Below are positions 11,712-21,923 of a DNA stretch of 64,000 bases, one piece after another. Origin of the DNA: Calditrichales bacterium (GTDB lineage: Bacteria > Calditrichota > Calditrichia > Calditrichales > J004); NCBI GenBank assembly GCA_965267575.1, contig OZ254086.1, forward strand, positions 2,336,001 through 2,400,000, in the 5' to 3' direction. The notes below the pieces were generated by a model. The model was not told where the DNA came from. It was given only the letters and a program-made list of their open reading frames with translations, and did not search any database. The stretch's first letter is position 1; every line of letters starts with the position of its first letter. The position numbers were made by a program, and so were the translations under genes.

Positions 11712-12224
11712 ATGGTACAAACGAGGAAACTTAAGGATGGAAGCCGCCAGGTTATTCTGAACGGAAAGCAATATGACGGAATAACCAAAGTCCTTACCGA
11801 ACTGGCCAATAAGACCAAAGCCTCGGCCATCCTTTTTGCGGACATGAGCGGGCAGCTTATAAGCCAGCGCGGCAACACGGACAATATGAATACCACCGTG
11901 CTCTCGGCTCTTGCCGCGAGTGACTTTGCCGCTACGTCCGAAATGGCCAAATTGGTTGGTGAAGAGGCCAAGTTTAAGCTCCTTTTTCACGAAGGAGAAA
12001 AGCGAAATGTGTATCTTTCCAACGTCGGCGACAATTTTTTTCTTGTAGTTGTTTTCGATGTGAGTGTAACTTTGGGACTTATTCGGATTTATACAAAGAA
12101 GGCGATTGAAGACCTTTCCACTATTCTGGAAGACGACAGCGATTCCGGTGAAGAACAGGAAAAGCTTATAGACAGTGATTTCAGCAGCCTTCTGGGTGAT
12201 GCTCTTGATGATACCTTCAAGTGA
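11712..12224 (+). CDS. mglB: MglB roadblock protein (GAP of MglA)
   Basis: ADMSGQLIS, LSALAASDFAATSEMAKLVGE, FHEG, VFDVSVTLGLIR and acidic C-terminal helix, as in Myxococcus MglB. Confidence 0.88.
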   Translation: MVQTRKLKDGSRQVILNGKQYDGITKVLTELANKTKASAILFADMSGQLISQRGNTDNMNTTVLSALAASDFAATSEMAKLVGEEAKFKLLFHEGEKRNVYLSNVGDNFFLVVVFDVSVTLGLIRIYTKKAIEDLSTILEDDSDSGEEQEKLIDSDFSSLLGDALDDTFK

Positions 12225-12265
12225 TTGTTGAGCTACGGTAAAACGTTTAAGATACGAGGCGGATA

Positions 12266-12850
12266 ATGTTTATAAATTGGGCATTGCAGGAAATAAACCT
12301 GAAAATCGTCTACTATGGACCCGGTATGAGTGGCAAAACCACCAATCTGGAATACATTCACAACAAACTGGATCCATCGCTGACGGGCGATCTGGTCTCT
12401 CTTAAAACCAAAGAAGACCGGACCATATTTTTCGATTTCATGCAGATAGAGGTAGGGAAGATAAAAGGAAAGAAGCCAAAGTTTAATCTTTATACCGTAC
12501 CCGGGCAGGTTTATTATGCCTCCAGCCGTAAGGTAATACTGAACGGTGTAGACGGTATTGTCTTTGTTGCCGATTCCCAGCCTCACCGCATGGAAGCCAA
12601 CATCGAAACGCTGCTTGACCTTGAAAGCAATCTCAAAGCGGACGGCCATACGCTGGAAGAATTCCCCTGGGTGATACAATATAATAAGCGTGACCTGCCC
12701 GGAGCGGAGTCGCTGGATGTGCTTGAGAAAAAACTGAACTTCTTCGGTGTACCATCCTATGAAGGAGTTGCCGTGCGCGGCGACGGCGTTTTCGACACGC
12801 TAAAGGCGACAATAAACCTGGTCGTCAAAAACGTACAAGATCAACTCTAA
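12266..12850 (+). CDS. mglA: MglA Ras-like small GTPase
   Basis: KIVYYGPGMSGKTTNL, DRTIFFDF, YTVPGQ, FVADSQ, QYNKRDLP, GVFDTLK. Confidence 0.93.
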   Translation: MFINWALQEINLKIVYYGPGMSGKTTNLEYIHNKLDPSLTGDLVSLKTKEDRTIFFDFMQIEVGKIKGKKPKFNLYTVPGQVYYASSRKVILNGVDGIVFVADSQPHRMEANIETLLDLESNLKADGHTLEEFPWVIQYNKRDLPGAESLDVLEKKLNFFGVPSYEGVAVRGDGVFDTLKATINLVVKNVQDQL

Positions 12851-12853
12851 TAC

Positions 12854-12883
12854 AAAAACCTTCTCCGGTGAGAAGGTTTTTTC
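12854..12883 (+). terminator. Rho-independent terminator after mglA
   Basis: AAAAACCTTCTC-CGGT-GAGAAGGTTTTTT. Confidence 0.82.
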
Positions 12884-12895
12884 TTATCTCGCACT

Positions 12896-14215
12896 GTGAC
12901 AGATAAAACAACCCCCGGTACAGACGCAAAGAATAAAAGGCGTACCGACCGTAAGGCTATATTTGCCTGGTCCCTGTACGACTTTGCCAATACGTCGTTT
13001 AGTGTAATTGTTGTTACGGTTGTCTACGCAGTTTATTTCCGGGACTACATTGTAGCGGACTTTTCCCTGTCCCTTTCCGGATTGCGGTACAACCCGGGCG
13101 ACTTTTTGTGGAGCGTTGCGGGCTCCACCTCAATGTTTCTGGTAGCTATCTCCTCGCCCGTTCTGGGCGCCGCTGCCGATTATTCTCAACGCAAAAAATG
13201 GTTTGTTTTCAGCTACAGCATGCTGTGCATTTGTTGCACGATCTCCCTCTATTTTCTCGAACCCGGTATGATCTGGCAGGGAATGGTTTTATTTATACTG
13301 GCCAATTTTGGTTTTGAGGGGGCGATTGTTTTTTACAATGGCTTTTTACCGCAGATTTCCAATTCTTCCAATATCGGCAGAATTTCCGGCTACGGTTTTG
13401 CCCTTGGCTATGTGGGTGCTTTGTGCGCTTTGCTTATCGCGTTGTTCTATGCGGACATGGCAGCTTCCGCTTCCGATTTAAGCCTTATGCGTCCCAGCTT
13501 CGTTTGGGCCGGCTTGTTCTTCCTTACTTTTTCGCTGCCTTTTTACTTTTTTGTACCGGACAAACCCCTTATACGCCATCGTGAGGCTATAAGCTATTTT
13601 AAGGCCGGTGTCCGGCGCACTATAAACACACTAAAGGAAATCCGCCGTTATCCAAACTTGTTCAGGTTCCTGCTTGCCTATTTTGTTTATATCGATGGCG
13701 TCAATACCGTCATCTTTTTCGGGGCGATCTTTGCCACTCAAACACTGGGCTTTACAATGGTCGAGGTGATTACTTTTTTTGCGATCATTCAATTTGCGGC
13801 CATAGCCGGTGCTTACAGTTTTGGTTTTTTAACGGACAAAATCGGACCCAAGAAGACAATTCAGACAACCTTGTTTTTATGGATGGCCGTAACGGTTGGC
13901 GCTTTCTTCAGCCATGATGCGATGACCTTTTACGGGGTCGGGGTTCTGGCCGGAATTGCCATGGGTTCCTGCCAGGCCGCCAGCCGCGCCATGATGGCAC
14001 ATTTTATCCCTGAAGACATGGAAGCCGAGTTTTACGGCTTTTATGCTATGATGGGAAAATTCAGCGCTATCTTAGGCCCGCTTGTTTTTGGCTTTGTCTC
14101 CTCCATAAGCGGCGATCAGCGCCTTGCTGTTTTATCGGTTACGCTCTTTTTTGTAGCCGGGCTTATTTTGCTGGGCAGGGTTCATCCCGGATCATCCAAA
14201 AAATTAGTTATATAA
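12896..14215 (+). CDS. MFS transporter, UMF1/Atg22-like family
   Basis: AWSLYDFANTSF, SPVLGAAAD, GRISGYGFALGY, EFYGFY; about 12 TM. Confidence 0.88.
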   Translation: MTDKTTPGTDAKNKRRTDRKAIFAWSLYDFANTSFSVIVVTVVYAVYFRDYIVADFSLSLSGLRYNPGDFLWSVAGSTSMFLVAISSPVLGAAADYSQRKKWFVFSYSMLCICCTISLYFLEPGMIWQGMVLFILANFGFEGAIVFYNGFLPQISNSSNIGRISGYGFALGYVGALCALLIALFYADMAASASDLSLMRPSFVWAGLFFLTFSLPFYFFVPDKPLIRHREAISYFKAGVRRTINTLKEIRRYPNLFRFLLAYFVYIDGVNTVIFFGAIFATQTLGFTMVEVITFFAIIQFAAIAGAYSFGFLTDKIGPKKTIQTTLFLWMAVTVGAFFSHDAMTFYGVGVLAGIAMGSCQAASRAMMAHFIPEDMEAEFYGFYAMMGKFSAILGPLVFGFVSSISGDQRLAVLSVTLFFVAGLILLGRVHPGSSKKLVI

Positions 14216-14222
14216 CCTTACA

Positions 14223-15143
14223 TTGTTCGGCATTGCATTGTTACGATCTCTTAAAATATTTATATTCTGCAGCTTAACGATGACATTTTCGGTTGCTGCG
14301 GCAAGCCAGATGTCTACGGTCCGTTTTCTTGAGCGATATGATCTTATCTATCCGCAGGAGGACAGCACGCTGGCCCGCCGCCTTATTGAAAAAAGCAAAC
14401 CGCTTATTATTGAGGCAGAGCGTTTTTTTGAGTTCAGACCGGTTTCCATCGTTTCGGTTTATTTAACGCGGTCCGCGCCTGAATTTTATGAATACGCCAG
14501 ATCGAGCGTGCCGGAATGGGCCCAGGCAGTGGCAATTCCGAGTAAGAACCTGATAGTCATCAAGTATGATTCTCCGGAAGCTATAAACAGGCTGCCGCAA
14601 TTGTTGTTGCACGAGATGGCCCATATTTACCTAGAGCGCAGCGGTCTGAGCGAGGAAATGCCGGTTTGGCTCCACGAGGGGCTGGCGCAATGGATCAGCC
14701 ACGAAGAGTTGACGCTGGATGAACGGGTTCTGATCTCCGCGGCATTGTATGGTAACAGGCTGGTTTCTTTTGCGGAGATGGATTCCGTTTTACACAAAAT
14801 GCCGCAGCAGGTTACGCTGATTTACGCACTGGCCCGTTCGGCGATCGATTACCTGGAGCAGAATTACGGACGCCAGGCGCTGAAAGAGCTACTGGCAAGG
14901 CTGGCCGAAAACGAGCCGCTTGAGAAGGCGTTTCTCAACGTAACGGGTACAGAGCTTATCGACTTCGAGTTTGGCTGGTATGCCTGGCTGGAAGATAAAT
15001 ACCGCTGGATGTTTTTATTGAGTTTTAACAATTTGTTATGGACGGGGCTCGTTTTACTTTTCCTGATTGCCGTCTGGAGAGTTTGGGCGCGCAACAGGAA
15101 AACGCGAAAAAGCTGGGAAGACGACCCGTTTGAGGAAATGTGA
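14223..15143 (+). CDS. secreted peptidase MA-like zinc metalloprotein with C-terminal membrane anchor
   Basis: Signal-like N-terminus, HEMAH plus WLHEGLA, C-terminal TM; start may be ATG 14280. Confidence 0.75.
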   Translation: MFGIALLRSLKIFIFCSLTMTFSVAAASQMSTVRFLERYDLIYPQEDSTLARRLIEKSKPLIIEAERFFEFRPVSIVSVYLTRSAPEFYEYARSSVPEWAQAVAIPSKNLIVIKYDSPEAINRLPQLLLHEMAHIYLERSGLSEEMPVWLHEGLAQWISHEELTLDERVLISAALYGNRLVSFAEMDSVLHKMPQQVTLIYALARSAIDYLEQNYGRQALKELLARLAENEPLEKAFLNVTGTELIDFEFGWYAWLEDKYRWMFLLSFNNLLWTGLVLLFLIAVWRVWARNRKTRKSWEDDPFEEM

Positions 15144-15159
15144 TTTAAGGAGGGATCTT

Positions 15160-15705
15160 ATGTACGTACCTAAAAAACTGTTTTTTACAAAGGGCATCGG
15201 CGTACACAGGGAGAAACTTACGAGTTTTGAGCAGGCCCTGCGTAATGCCGGTATCGCGCCGTTTAACCTTGTGGCTGTTTCCAGTATCTACCCTGCCGGA
15301 TGTAAGATTATCCCGCCGGAAGATGGCCTGAAAGAACTGATCCCGGGGCAAATCGTACATGCGGTCTACAGTCGTTCACAAACCTGCGAACCCAATCGCC
15401 GCATCGCTTCTTCCATAGGCGTTGCCCGGCCAAAGGATGAAAAACTGTATGGCTACCTGAGCGAACATCACAGCCATGGCGAAACGGCTGAACAGGCCGG
15501 GAACTACGCTGAAGACCTTGCTGCTGAAATGCTCGCTACTATTCTGGGAGTAGAATTTGATCCTGACTCTTCATGGGACGAAAAGCGTCAGCACTGGCAA
15601 ATCTCCGATAAAATAGTTGAAACCCGCAATATAACCGCTGCCGCTACCGGAGATGAAAACGGTCGCTGGACCACGGTACTGACAGCGGCCGTGTTACTGC
15701 CGTAA
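15160..15705 (+). CDS. pdaD: pyruvoyl-dependent arginine decarboxylase
   Basis: SFEQALRNAGIAPFNLVAVSSIYP (Ser-Ser autocleavage site), YGYLSEHH; ATG after AAGGAGG. Confidence 0.9.
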   Translation: MYVPKKLFFTKGIGVHREKLTSFEQALRNAGIAPFNLVAVSSIYPAGCKIIPPEDGLKELIPGQIVHAVYSRSQTCEPNRRIASSIGVARPKDEKLYGYLSEHHSHGETAEQAGNYAEDLAAEMLATILGVEFDPDSSWDEKRQHWQISDKIVETRNITAAATGDENGRWTTVLTAAVLLP

Positions 15706-15714
15706 GGAGACCCC

Positions 15715-16578
15715 GTGGCGCAAACTAATTTTCTGGGGCTGGAACCTGAATTCACCAATCTGCAGGACGCCCCAACCGTTATTATTCCCGTGCCTTATGA
15801 GCAAACGGTAAGCTACGGCGGGGGAACCGAAAAGGGCCCCGGTGCCATCCTGGAGGCCTCGGCCTATGTGGAATTGTATGACGAAGAGCTGGACGGCGAA
15901 ATTTATCGTAGCGGCATTCATACGGCTGAAGCCGTCTCTTTTGAGGGTGATGTGGAAACAGACTTCCGGCGCATCACCAATACCTTTCAGAAATACCTCG
16001 AACTGGGGAAATTCCCGGTTGGCCTTGGCGGAGAACACAGCCTCTCTTTTCCGGTCTATCGTGCTTTTCATCAATATTACAAGGGCGATATTTCGGTACT
16101 GCAATTCGACGCGCATTCCGATCTGCGGGAAAGTTATGAAGGTTCCGTATATTCTCACGCCAGCGTAATGAAACGTATTTACGATATGAATGAATCGATT
16201 GTACAAGTGGGTATACGCGCCCAGTGTGTTGAAGAAGCTGAGCTGATCCGGAACAGGAAAATTGCTACGCACTACGCGCACACCCTGAACGCCAACGGAT
16301 TTGGTGACGAAATTATCGAAGGCCTTAAGGAGAATGTATTTATAACCTTTGACGTTGATTACTTTGATCCCGCCATTATGCCATCCACTGGTACGCCTGA
16401 ACCCGGAGGATTTCACTGGTATGAAACGATAGATTTTCTCCGCCGGGTTTTTAAGAATCGCAACGTTGTTGGTTTTGATGTTGTGGAACTGAGCCCCATA
16501 GAAGGCTTGCATCACGCTGAATTTACTGTTGCCAAACTCATTTATAAAATGATCGGAATGAAATATCTCTTAAGGTAA
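15715..16578 (+). CDS. speB: agmatinase
   Basis: GGEHS, DAHSD, DVDYFD, TGTPEPGG; adjacent to arginine decarboxylase. Confidence 0.92.
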   Translation: MAQTNFLGLEPEFTNLQDAPTVIIPVPYEQTVSYGGGTEKGPGAILEASAYVELYDEELDGEIYRSGIHTAEAVSFEGDVETDFRRITNTFQKYLELGKFPVGLGGEHSLSFPVYRAFHQYYKGDISVLQFDAHSDLRESYEGSVYSHASVMKRIYDMNESIVQVGIRAQCVEEAELIRNRKIATHYAHTLNANGFGDEIIEGLKENVFITFDVDYFDPAIMPSTGTPEPGGFHWYETIDFLRRVFKNRNVVGFDVVELSPIEGLHHAEFTVAKLIYKMIGMKYLLR

Positions 16579-16584
16579 GAACGC

Positions 16585-18726
16585 ATGAAAAAAATTAAAT
16601 TTATTCTGGGTATTCATAATCACCAGCCTATCGGGAATTTTGATTTTGTATTTGAAGATGCCTATCAAAAATCCTATTTGCCGTTTCTGGAAGTGCTGGA
16701 AAAGCACCCTAAAATCCGTATCTCCCTTCACTTTACCGGCATACTGCTGGACTGGATAGAACAAAACCATCCCGAGCTGATCGAACTGGTTAAAAAACTG
16801 CGGGATCGCGGCCAGCTGGAAATCATGAGCGGGGGCTATTATGAACCGATCATTTCGGTTATTCCGCAGCAGGATCGTATCGGACAAATCCAAAAACTTA
16901 CTGAGAAAGTCAAAACGCTGTTCAATTACGACGCCAGCGGCATGTGGCTGGCCGAGCGCGTCTGGGAACCCACTTTGCCCTCCACCCTTCACGACGCGGG
17001 CATTAAATACACGGTTGTGGATGATACACATTTCAAGTATGCCGGGCTGCGCGATGAGGATCTGAACGGCTATTTTGTTACGGAAGACCTCGGCAAGCAG
17101 GTTAATATTTTTCCAATAAGCAAATTTTTGCGCTACACGATTCCATTCCAGGAGCCGGAAGAGACGATCAAAGTCCTGCGCAACATGGCCAGCGAGTCTG
17201 GTACCAACATCATGGTTTTTGCCGATGACGGTGAAAAATTCGGCGTATGGCCCGATACCTATAAACACGTTTACGAAAACCGCTGGCTGGACCGCTTCTT
17301 CAGCGCGATCGAAGAAAACATGGACTGGATCGAAATGATCACTTTTGATGAAGCGATCACCCAGGTTAAACCGAAAAGCCCGATCTATTTGCCGACCGCA
17401 TCTTATGCCGAAATGATGCACTGGTCGTTGTTCAAGGAGACGTTCAAGGCTTTTGAGGATTTTGAGCACTACCTGCAGAACAATAATATGTATGAGAGCG
17501 TCGGCCTGTTTGTACGCGGCGGTTTCTGGCGCAATTTTATGAGCAAGTACCCGGAAATCAACGTGATGCATAAGAAGATGCTGCGCGTTAGTGAAAAGCT
17601 GTGGCAAGCCAGCCGGAAAAACCCTTCCATGGATTTAAAGGAAGCCTTCGACGCGCTGTGGGCGGGGCAATGCAATTGTCCTTACTGGCACGGCGTCTTT
17701 GGCGGGCTATACCTGAGCCACTTGCGTCACGCCATTTTCTCCAACCTGATCATGGCCGAAAAAATAGTTGCTGAAAAGGACGAAAACACTCTTCAGGAGT
17801 TTGAGGTAACCGATTTTGACAAAGACGGCAGGCCGGAAGTATTGATTGAAACCGCGGCGCACAATGCCTATTTCAGTCCTTTTCGCGGCGGAAATATGTT
17901 TGAATATGATTTTAAAGCGGTCAACAAGAATCTTCTGGATACCATGACACGTCGCGAAGAAGGCTATCACGAAAAACTCTATCATGCCACGGTTGTGGGC
18001 CAGGAAGCGCCGGCTGAGGGCAGCGCGGCCAGCATTCACGATCTTGTGCTTGCAAAAGAGCCGGGCCTCGAAAAATATCTGATTTATGATAATTACGAAC
18101 GCAAATCCTTTGTCGATCACTTTATCGGGGCCGATGTTAACTTTGAGCGATTTTATCGTAATGACTATGAAGAACTTGGTGACTTTGTAAACGGAACATA
18201 CGGTCTGGCCGAAAACAGATCCGATGCCAATAACGTAATCATTACTTTGCAAAGAGACGGGCATGTGCGCACCGACGATGGTGTAAAGAAAATTACCGTT
18301 CGTAAGGAAATTAGCGTGGCCCGGAGCAGCGAAGACATTGAAGCGCGTTATACGCTGGCGCATGACGGGCCGGGCAGTGTAAAGCTGCGATTTGCGGTGG
18401 AGTTCAACTACGGTTTACAGGCAGGGCATGCCCACGACCGCTTTTATTACAATGCCAACGGACGGCTGGAAGATGCCTTCCTTGATTCACCGGGAGAGCT
18501 GCAAAACGCCGACTATCTCGGTATGAAAGATGAGTATATGAAAATCGATATTCAGCTAAGCGGCAGTGATAATCCCGCGATATGGCGCGTGCCGGTTGAA
18601 ACGATCTCGCTTTCGGAAGCGGGCTTTGAAAGGGTATACCAGAGTTCTGCCATTTTATTGGTCTGGGACCTGGAAATAGAGAAGACCCGTGAAATCACAA
18701 TAAGGCAAAAGGTTCGCACTTTTTAG
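16585..18726 (+). CDS. GH57 4-alpha-glucanotransferase/alpha-amylase
   Basis: HNHQP, WLAERVW, DDGEKFG, QCNCPYWHG, SLSEAGFERVYQ. Confidence 0.92.
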   Translation: MKKIKFILGIHNHQPIGNFDFVFEDAYQKSYLPFLEVLEKHPKIRISLHFTGILLDWIEQNHPELIELVKKLRDRGQLEIMSGGYYEPIISVIPQQDRIGQIQKLTEKVKTLFNYDASGMWLAERVWEPTLPSTLHDAGIKYTVVDDTHFKYAGLRDEDLNGYFVTEDLGKQVNIFPISKFLRYTIPFQEPEETIKVLRNMASESGTNIMVFADDGEKFGVWPDTYKHVYENRWLDRFFSAIEENMDWIEMITFDEAITQVKPKSPIYLPTASYAEMMHWSLFKETFKAFEDFEHYLQNNNMYESVGLFVRGGFWRNFMSKYPEINVMHKKMLRVSEKLWQASRKNPSMDLKEAFDALWAGQCNCPYWHGVFGGLYLSHLRHAIFSNLIMAEKIVAEKDENTLQEFEVTDFDKDGRPEVLIETAAHNAYFSPFRGGNMFEYDFKAVNKNLLDTMTRREEGYHEKLYHATVVGQEAPAEGSAASIHDLVLAKEPGLEKYLIYDNYERKSFVDHFIGADVNFERFYRNDYEELGDFVNGTYGLAENRSDANNVIITLQRDGHVRTDDGVKKITVRKEISVARSSEDIEARYTLAHDGPGSVKLRFAVEFNYGLQAGHAHDRFYYNANGRLEDAFLDSPGELQNADYLGMKDEYMKIDIQLSGSDNPAIWRVPVETISLSEAGFERVYQSSAILLVWDLEIEKTREITIRQKVRTF

Positions 18727-18727
18727 A

Positions 18728-20335
18728 ATGTCAAAAAAGCTAAATTTCGTATTACTGATCGTTCTGCTGATAGCTGCTATTTTCTACGGCAGAACCGTGC
18801 TGATGCTGTTAAGCGGGTATTCCTGGGAGGAGATCCAAAGCTTTCACAAGATCGAAAACGTGATGCGCCTCGCCCAGGCTTATTATGTAGACGATGTTGA
18901 TTGGCGGGAAGGCTCGGGCCACGCGATAGAAGGGTTTCTTGGCGGGCTGGATCCCCACTCCGTCTATATCACGCCGGATGAAGCCGTACAAAATGACGAG
19001 CTTTTCGAGGGCAAATATCAGGGCATCGGCATTCAATTTGATATCATTGATAGGTATATCAACGTCATTGCCGTCATACCGGGTTCGCCGGCGCAGGATG
19101 CCGGTCTCCTGGCGGGCGACAGAATCGTTGCGATTGAAGGGGAAAGCGCCGAAGATATCAGCACATCGGAAGTGCAGCAGCGGCTTAAAGGTCCTAAGGG
19201 CAGCAAAGTTATGGTTACAATTGACCGGCCAGGCAGTGCTGAGCCATTTGAGGTAGAGCTCGTTCGTGACGAGGTGCCCAATTATACGGTTAACACCTTT
19301 TTTATGGCCGATGACAGTACCGGCTATGTCTGGCTTAATCGTTTTGCCAGTACCACAAGCGATGAGCTGGAAAACGCCATGATCAAGCTGGAAAGACAGG
19401 GTATGAAACAGCTTTTGCTTGATCTCAGAAATAATGGTGGTGGCTTTTTGCAGCAGGCTGTTAAAGTTACCGGCAAATTTGTCAACGGAAGAAAAAAGGT
19501 GGTTTACACCAAAGGCCGTGTAGAGCAGGTGGAAGAGGAGTATTACAGTGATGATTTCGGCAAGTCCATAGACCGCTCGTTTCCGCTGGTTATTCTGATC
19601 AACGGGGCATCGGCCAGCGCCTCGGAAATCGTAGCGGGCGCCTTGCAGGATTATGACCGCGCGCTTATTGTTGGAGAGCGCAGCTTTGGAAAAGGCCTGG
19701 TCCAGAATGAGTTCGTCCTGGATGACGATTCCAGGGTCCGGCTTACCGTTTCCCGCTATTACACACCCAGTGGCCGCCTGATACAGAAGCCCTATAAAAA
19801 CCGCAGTGTTGAAGATTATTACAATGGTTCTGCAGACTCATTGATGGCCGACAGCATAAAGACGAACGGTATCTATTACACATTGGCCGGACGTCCGGTT
19901 TACGGCGGAGGCGGTATTGAACCGGATTCGGTTGTCGAATTTTCTTCCGGCTCGCTATTGCCAACTCTGACGCAAAGACTTTTCGAAAAGCGTGTTTTTT
20001 TTGAAAGCGCCAACAGCTTTGTGCTGAATCACCCGCGGTATAAAGAGCGCAAAGCATGGTTTATTAACCAATATCGCATCAGTGAAGAAGACCTCGATCT
20101 TATTATAGATATTGCCTCGCAGAAAGAAATCGAAATAAACCGGTCACAGGTTGAAAAAGACAGCTCGTTCATTGCCAATCGCCTGAAAGCCGAGATTGCC
20201 CGAAATTACTGGTCACAGAACGAGTTTTGGCAGGTATTGCTGGCGCACGACAATCAATTTAATAGAGCCTTGCAATTATTTCCGGTGGCACGGCGTTTAG
20301 AGCAAGTGGCGGCGCCTGCCCAAACCGAAAATTAG
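18728..20335 (+). CDS. ctpA: S41 carboxy-terminal processing protease
   Basis: LDPHS, GIGI PDZ, DLRNNGGG, SASASEI, SFGKGLVQ. Confidence 0.9.
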   Translation: MSKKLNFVLLIVLLIAAIFYGRTVLMLLSGYSWEEIQSFHKIENVMRLAQAYYVDDVDWREGSGHAIEGFLGGLDPHSVYITPDEAVQNDELFEGKYQGIGIQFDIIDRYINVIAVIPGSPAQDAGLLAGDRIVAIEGESAEDISTSEVQQRLKGPKGSKVMVTIDRPGSAEPFEVELVRDEVPNYTVNTFFMADDSTGYVWLNRFASTTSDELENAMIKLERQGMKQLLLDLRNNGGGFLQQAVKVTGKFVNGRKKVVYTKGRVEQVEEEYYSDDFGKSIDRSFPLVILINGASASASEIVAGALQDYDRALIVGERSFGKGLVQNEFVLDDDSRVRLTVSRYYTPSGRLIQKPYKNRSVEDYYNGSADSLMADSIKTNGIYYTLAGRPVYGGGGIEPDSVVEFSSGSLLPTLTQRLFEKRVFFESANSFVLNHPRYKERKAWFINQYRISEEDLDLIIDIASQKEIEINRSQVEKDSSFIANRLKAEIARNYWSQNEFWQVLLAHDNQFNRALQLFPVARRLEQVAAPAQTEN

Positions 20336-20336
20336 A

Positions 20337-20365
20337 TTGACTTTAAAAATCGAAAATCTTATACT
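20337..20365 (+). promoter_or_regulatory. sigma70-type promoter for exbB-exbD-exbD-tonB
   Basis: TTGACT (20337-20342), 17 nt, TATACT (20360-20365). Confidence 0.7.
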
Positions 20366-20435
20366 AAATTCTAGTTTTTTAAGTAAATAACTCACCTTTG
20401 TCAACAAATTTTACACTAACCCTAAGGAGTTTGCG

Positions 20436-21068
20436 ATGTTGGGAGGATTGGTTGAACTTTTTAACGATGGCGGCGAATTCATGTGGCCTATTTTGGGCCT
20501 TCTTGTTGTAGGTCTGGCTTTTTCTATCGAAAGATTTTACACACTAACGCGGGCATCCGTAAATACTCGTAAGTTCCTTGCACGTCTACACACGGCGCTG
20601 CAGGAAGGTGGTATCGAAGCTGCCGCAGCGGAATGTGAAAAGACCCCCGGACCTGTTGCCTCCATCTTGCACGCCGGCTTAAGCCGCGCCGAAAAAGGCC
20701 TGGAAAGTGTCGAAAAATCGATCACAAATGCAGGCTCAATTGAAATGGCATTTCTGGAGCGGGGCATGGTGGTCTTGTCCACGGTAATTGTTCTTGCGCC
20801 GATGCTTGGATTTACCGGAACGGTAAAAGGTATGGTCGACGCCTTTGATGCTATCAAAAAAGCCAATGACATTTCACCTGCCGTTGTTGCCGGTGGTATT
20901 TCACAGGCCCTGTTGACTACCCTGTTTGGTCTGGTTGTGGCTATGATCATCCAGGTATTCTATAACTTCTTTACCTCCCGTATTGATAAGCTCATTATCG
21001 ATATGGAAGAAAGTTCCGTTGAATTGATGGATGCTTTGGTAGAGATCGAAAATAAAAACAAACAGTAA
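20436..21068 (+). CDS. exbB: MotA/TolQ/ExbB proton channel
   Basis: APMLGFTGTVKGM, GISQALLTTLFGL. Confidence 0.88.
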   Translation: MLGGLVELFNDGGEFMWPILGLLVVGLAFSIERFYTLTRASVNTRKFLARLHTALQEGGIEAAAAECEKTPGPVASILHAGLSRAEKGLESVEKSITNAGSIEMAFLERGMVVLSTVIVLAPMLGFTGTVKGMVDAFDAIKKANDISPAVVAGGISQALLTTLFGLVVAMIIQVFYNFFTSRIDKLIIDMEESSVELMDALVEIENKNKQ

Positions 21069-21080
21069 GTGGACTAAGCG

Positions 21081-21488
21081 ATGTTATTAGGCAAAAAGAA
21101 AGAAAAAAATGTTGAGATTCCCTCAGCATCTTTGGCCGATATCGTATTCCTGTTGCTTATCTTCTTCCTGGTAACAACATCGATCGATACGGAAAAAGGT
21201 CTTGATTTGGTGTTGCCTCCGCCGGGTGATACAGAAATCAAGATTCCCAAGAAGAACATTGCAAACCTTTTTGTGAATGCTGAAGGACTCGCGCTTCTCG
21301 AAAATGAGATTATCGAAGTAAATCAAATCTCGCAAATCATCAAAGAGAAGCTGATGGAAAATCCTTTGCTGATCGTGTCCTTAAAGACACACAAGGATAC
21401 GGATTACGAGGTTTATGTAAAAGTCCTTGATCAGCTCAAAAAGGCCGAAGCAAAGCGTATTTCAATCGCTGATCCTGATCAGGAGTAA
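21081..21488 (+). CDS. exbD: ExbD/TolR family protein
   Basis: SLADIVFLLLIFFLVTT TM with conserved Asp. Confidence 0.88.
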   Translation: MLLGKKKEKNVEIPSASLADIVFLLLIFFLVTTSIDTEKGLDLVLPPPGDTEIKIPKKNIANLFVNAEGLALLENEIIEVNQISQIIKEKLMENPLLIVSLKTHKDTDYEVYVKVLDQLKKAEAKRISIADPDQE

Positions 21489-21506
21489 TTCAAGAAAGAG
21501 GATTGG

Positions 21507-21923
21507 ATGGAATTTAAGAAGAAAAGTAAAATAAATATCGCGATCCCTACCGCTTCCATGCCTGACATCATCTTTATGCTGCTGATCTTTTTCATGGTTG
21601 CGACGGTGATTCGACAGTATTCAGGATTGCAGGTGAAGTTACCTGAAGCACAAAAAGTTGAAAAGCTTGAAGTTTCAAAGCGGCACGTAGCTACAATCTG
21701 GGTAGATCGTGATAACAATGTCGTCATGAACGATATCACTGTGAAGGATGTCAAGAATCTACGGAACCTGGCTTACCAGCGCATGGTTGAAAACCCGCAG
21801 ACGGTCATTTCATTGAAGGCGGACAGGCAGGCTAAAATGAATATGATCAACGATGTTCATCAGGAATTGCGTAAAGCCAGCGCCCTGAGAATAAACTATT
21901 CAGCTATACCGGGAGTATTCTAA
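21507..21923 (+). CDS. exbD: ExbD/TolR family protein (second copy)
   Basis: SMPDIIFMLLIFFMVAT, LKADRQA. Confidence 0.88.
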   Translation: MEFKKKSKINIAIPTASMPDIIFMLLIFFMVATVIRQYSGLQVKLPEAQKVEKLEVSKRHVATIWVDRDNNVVMNDITVKDVKNLRNLAYQRMVENPQTVISLKADRQAKMNMINDVHQELRKASALRINYSAIPGVF

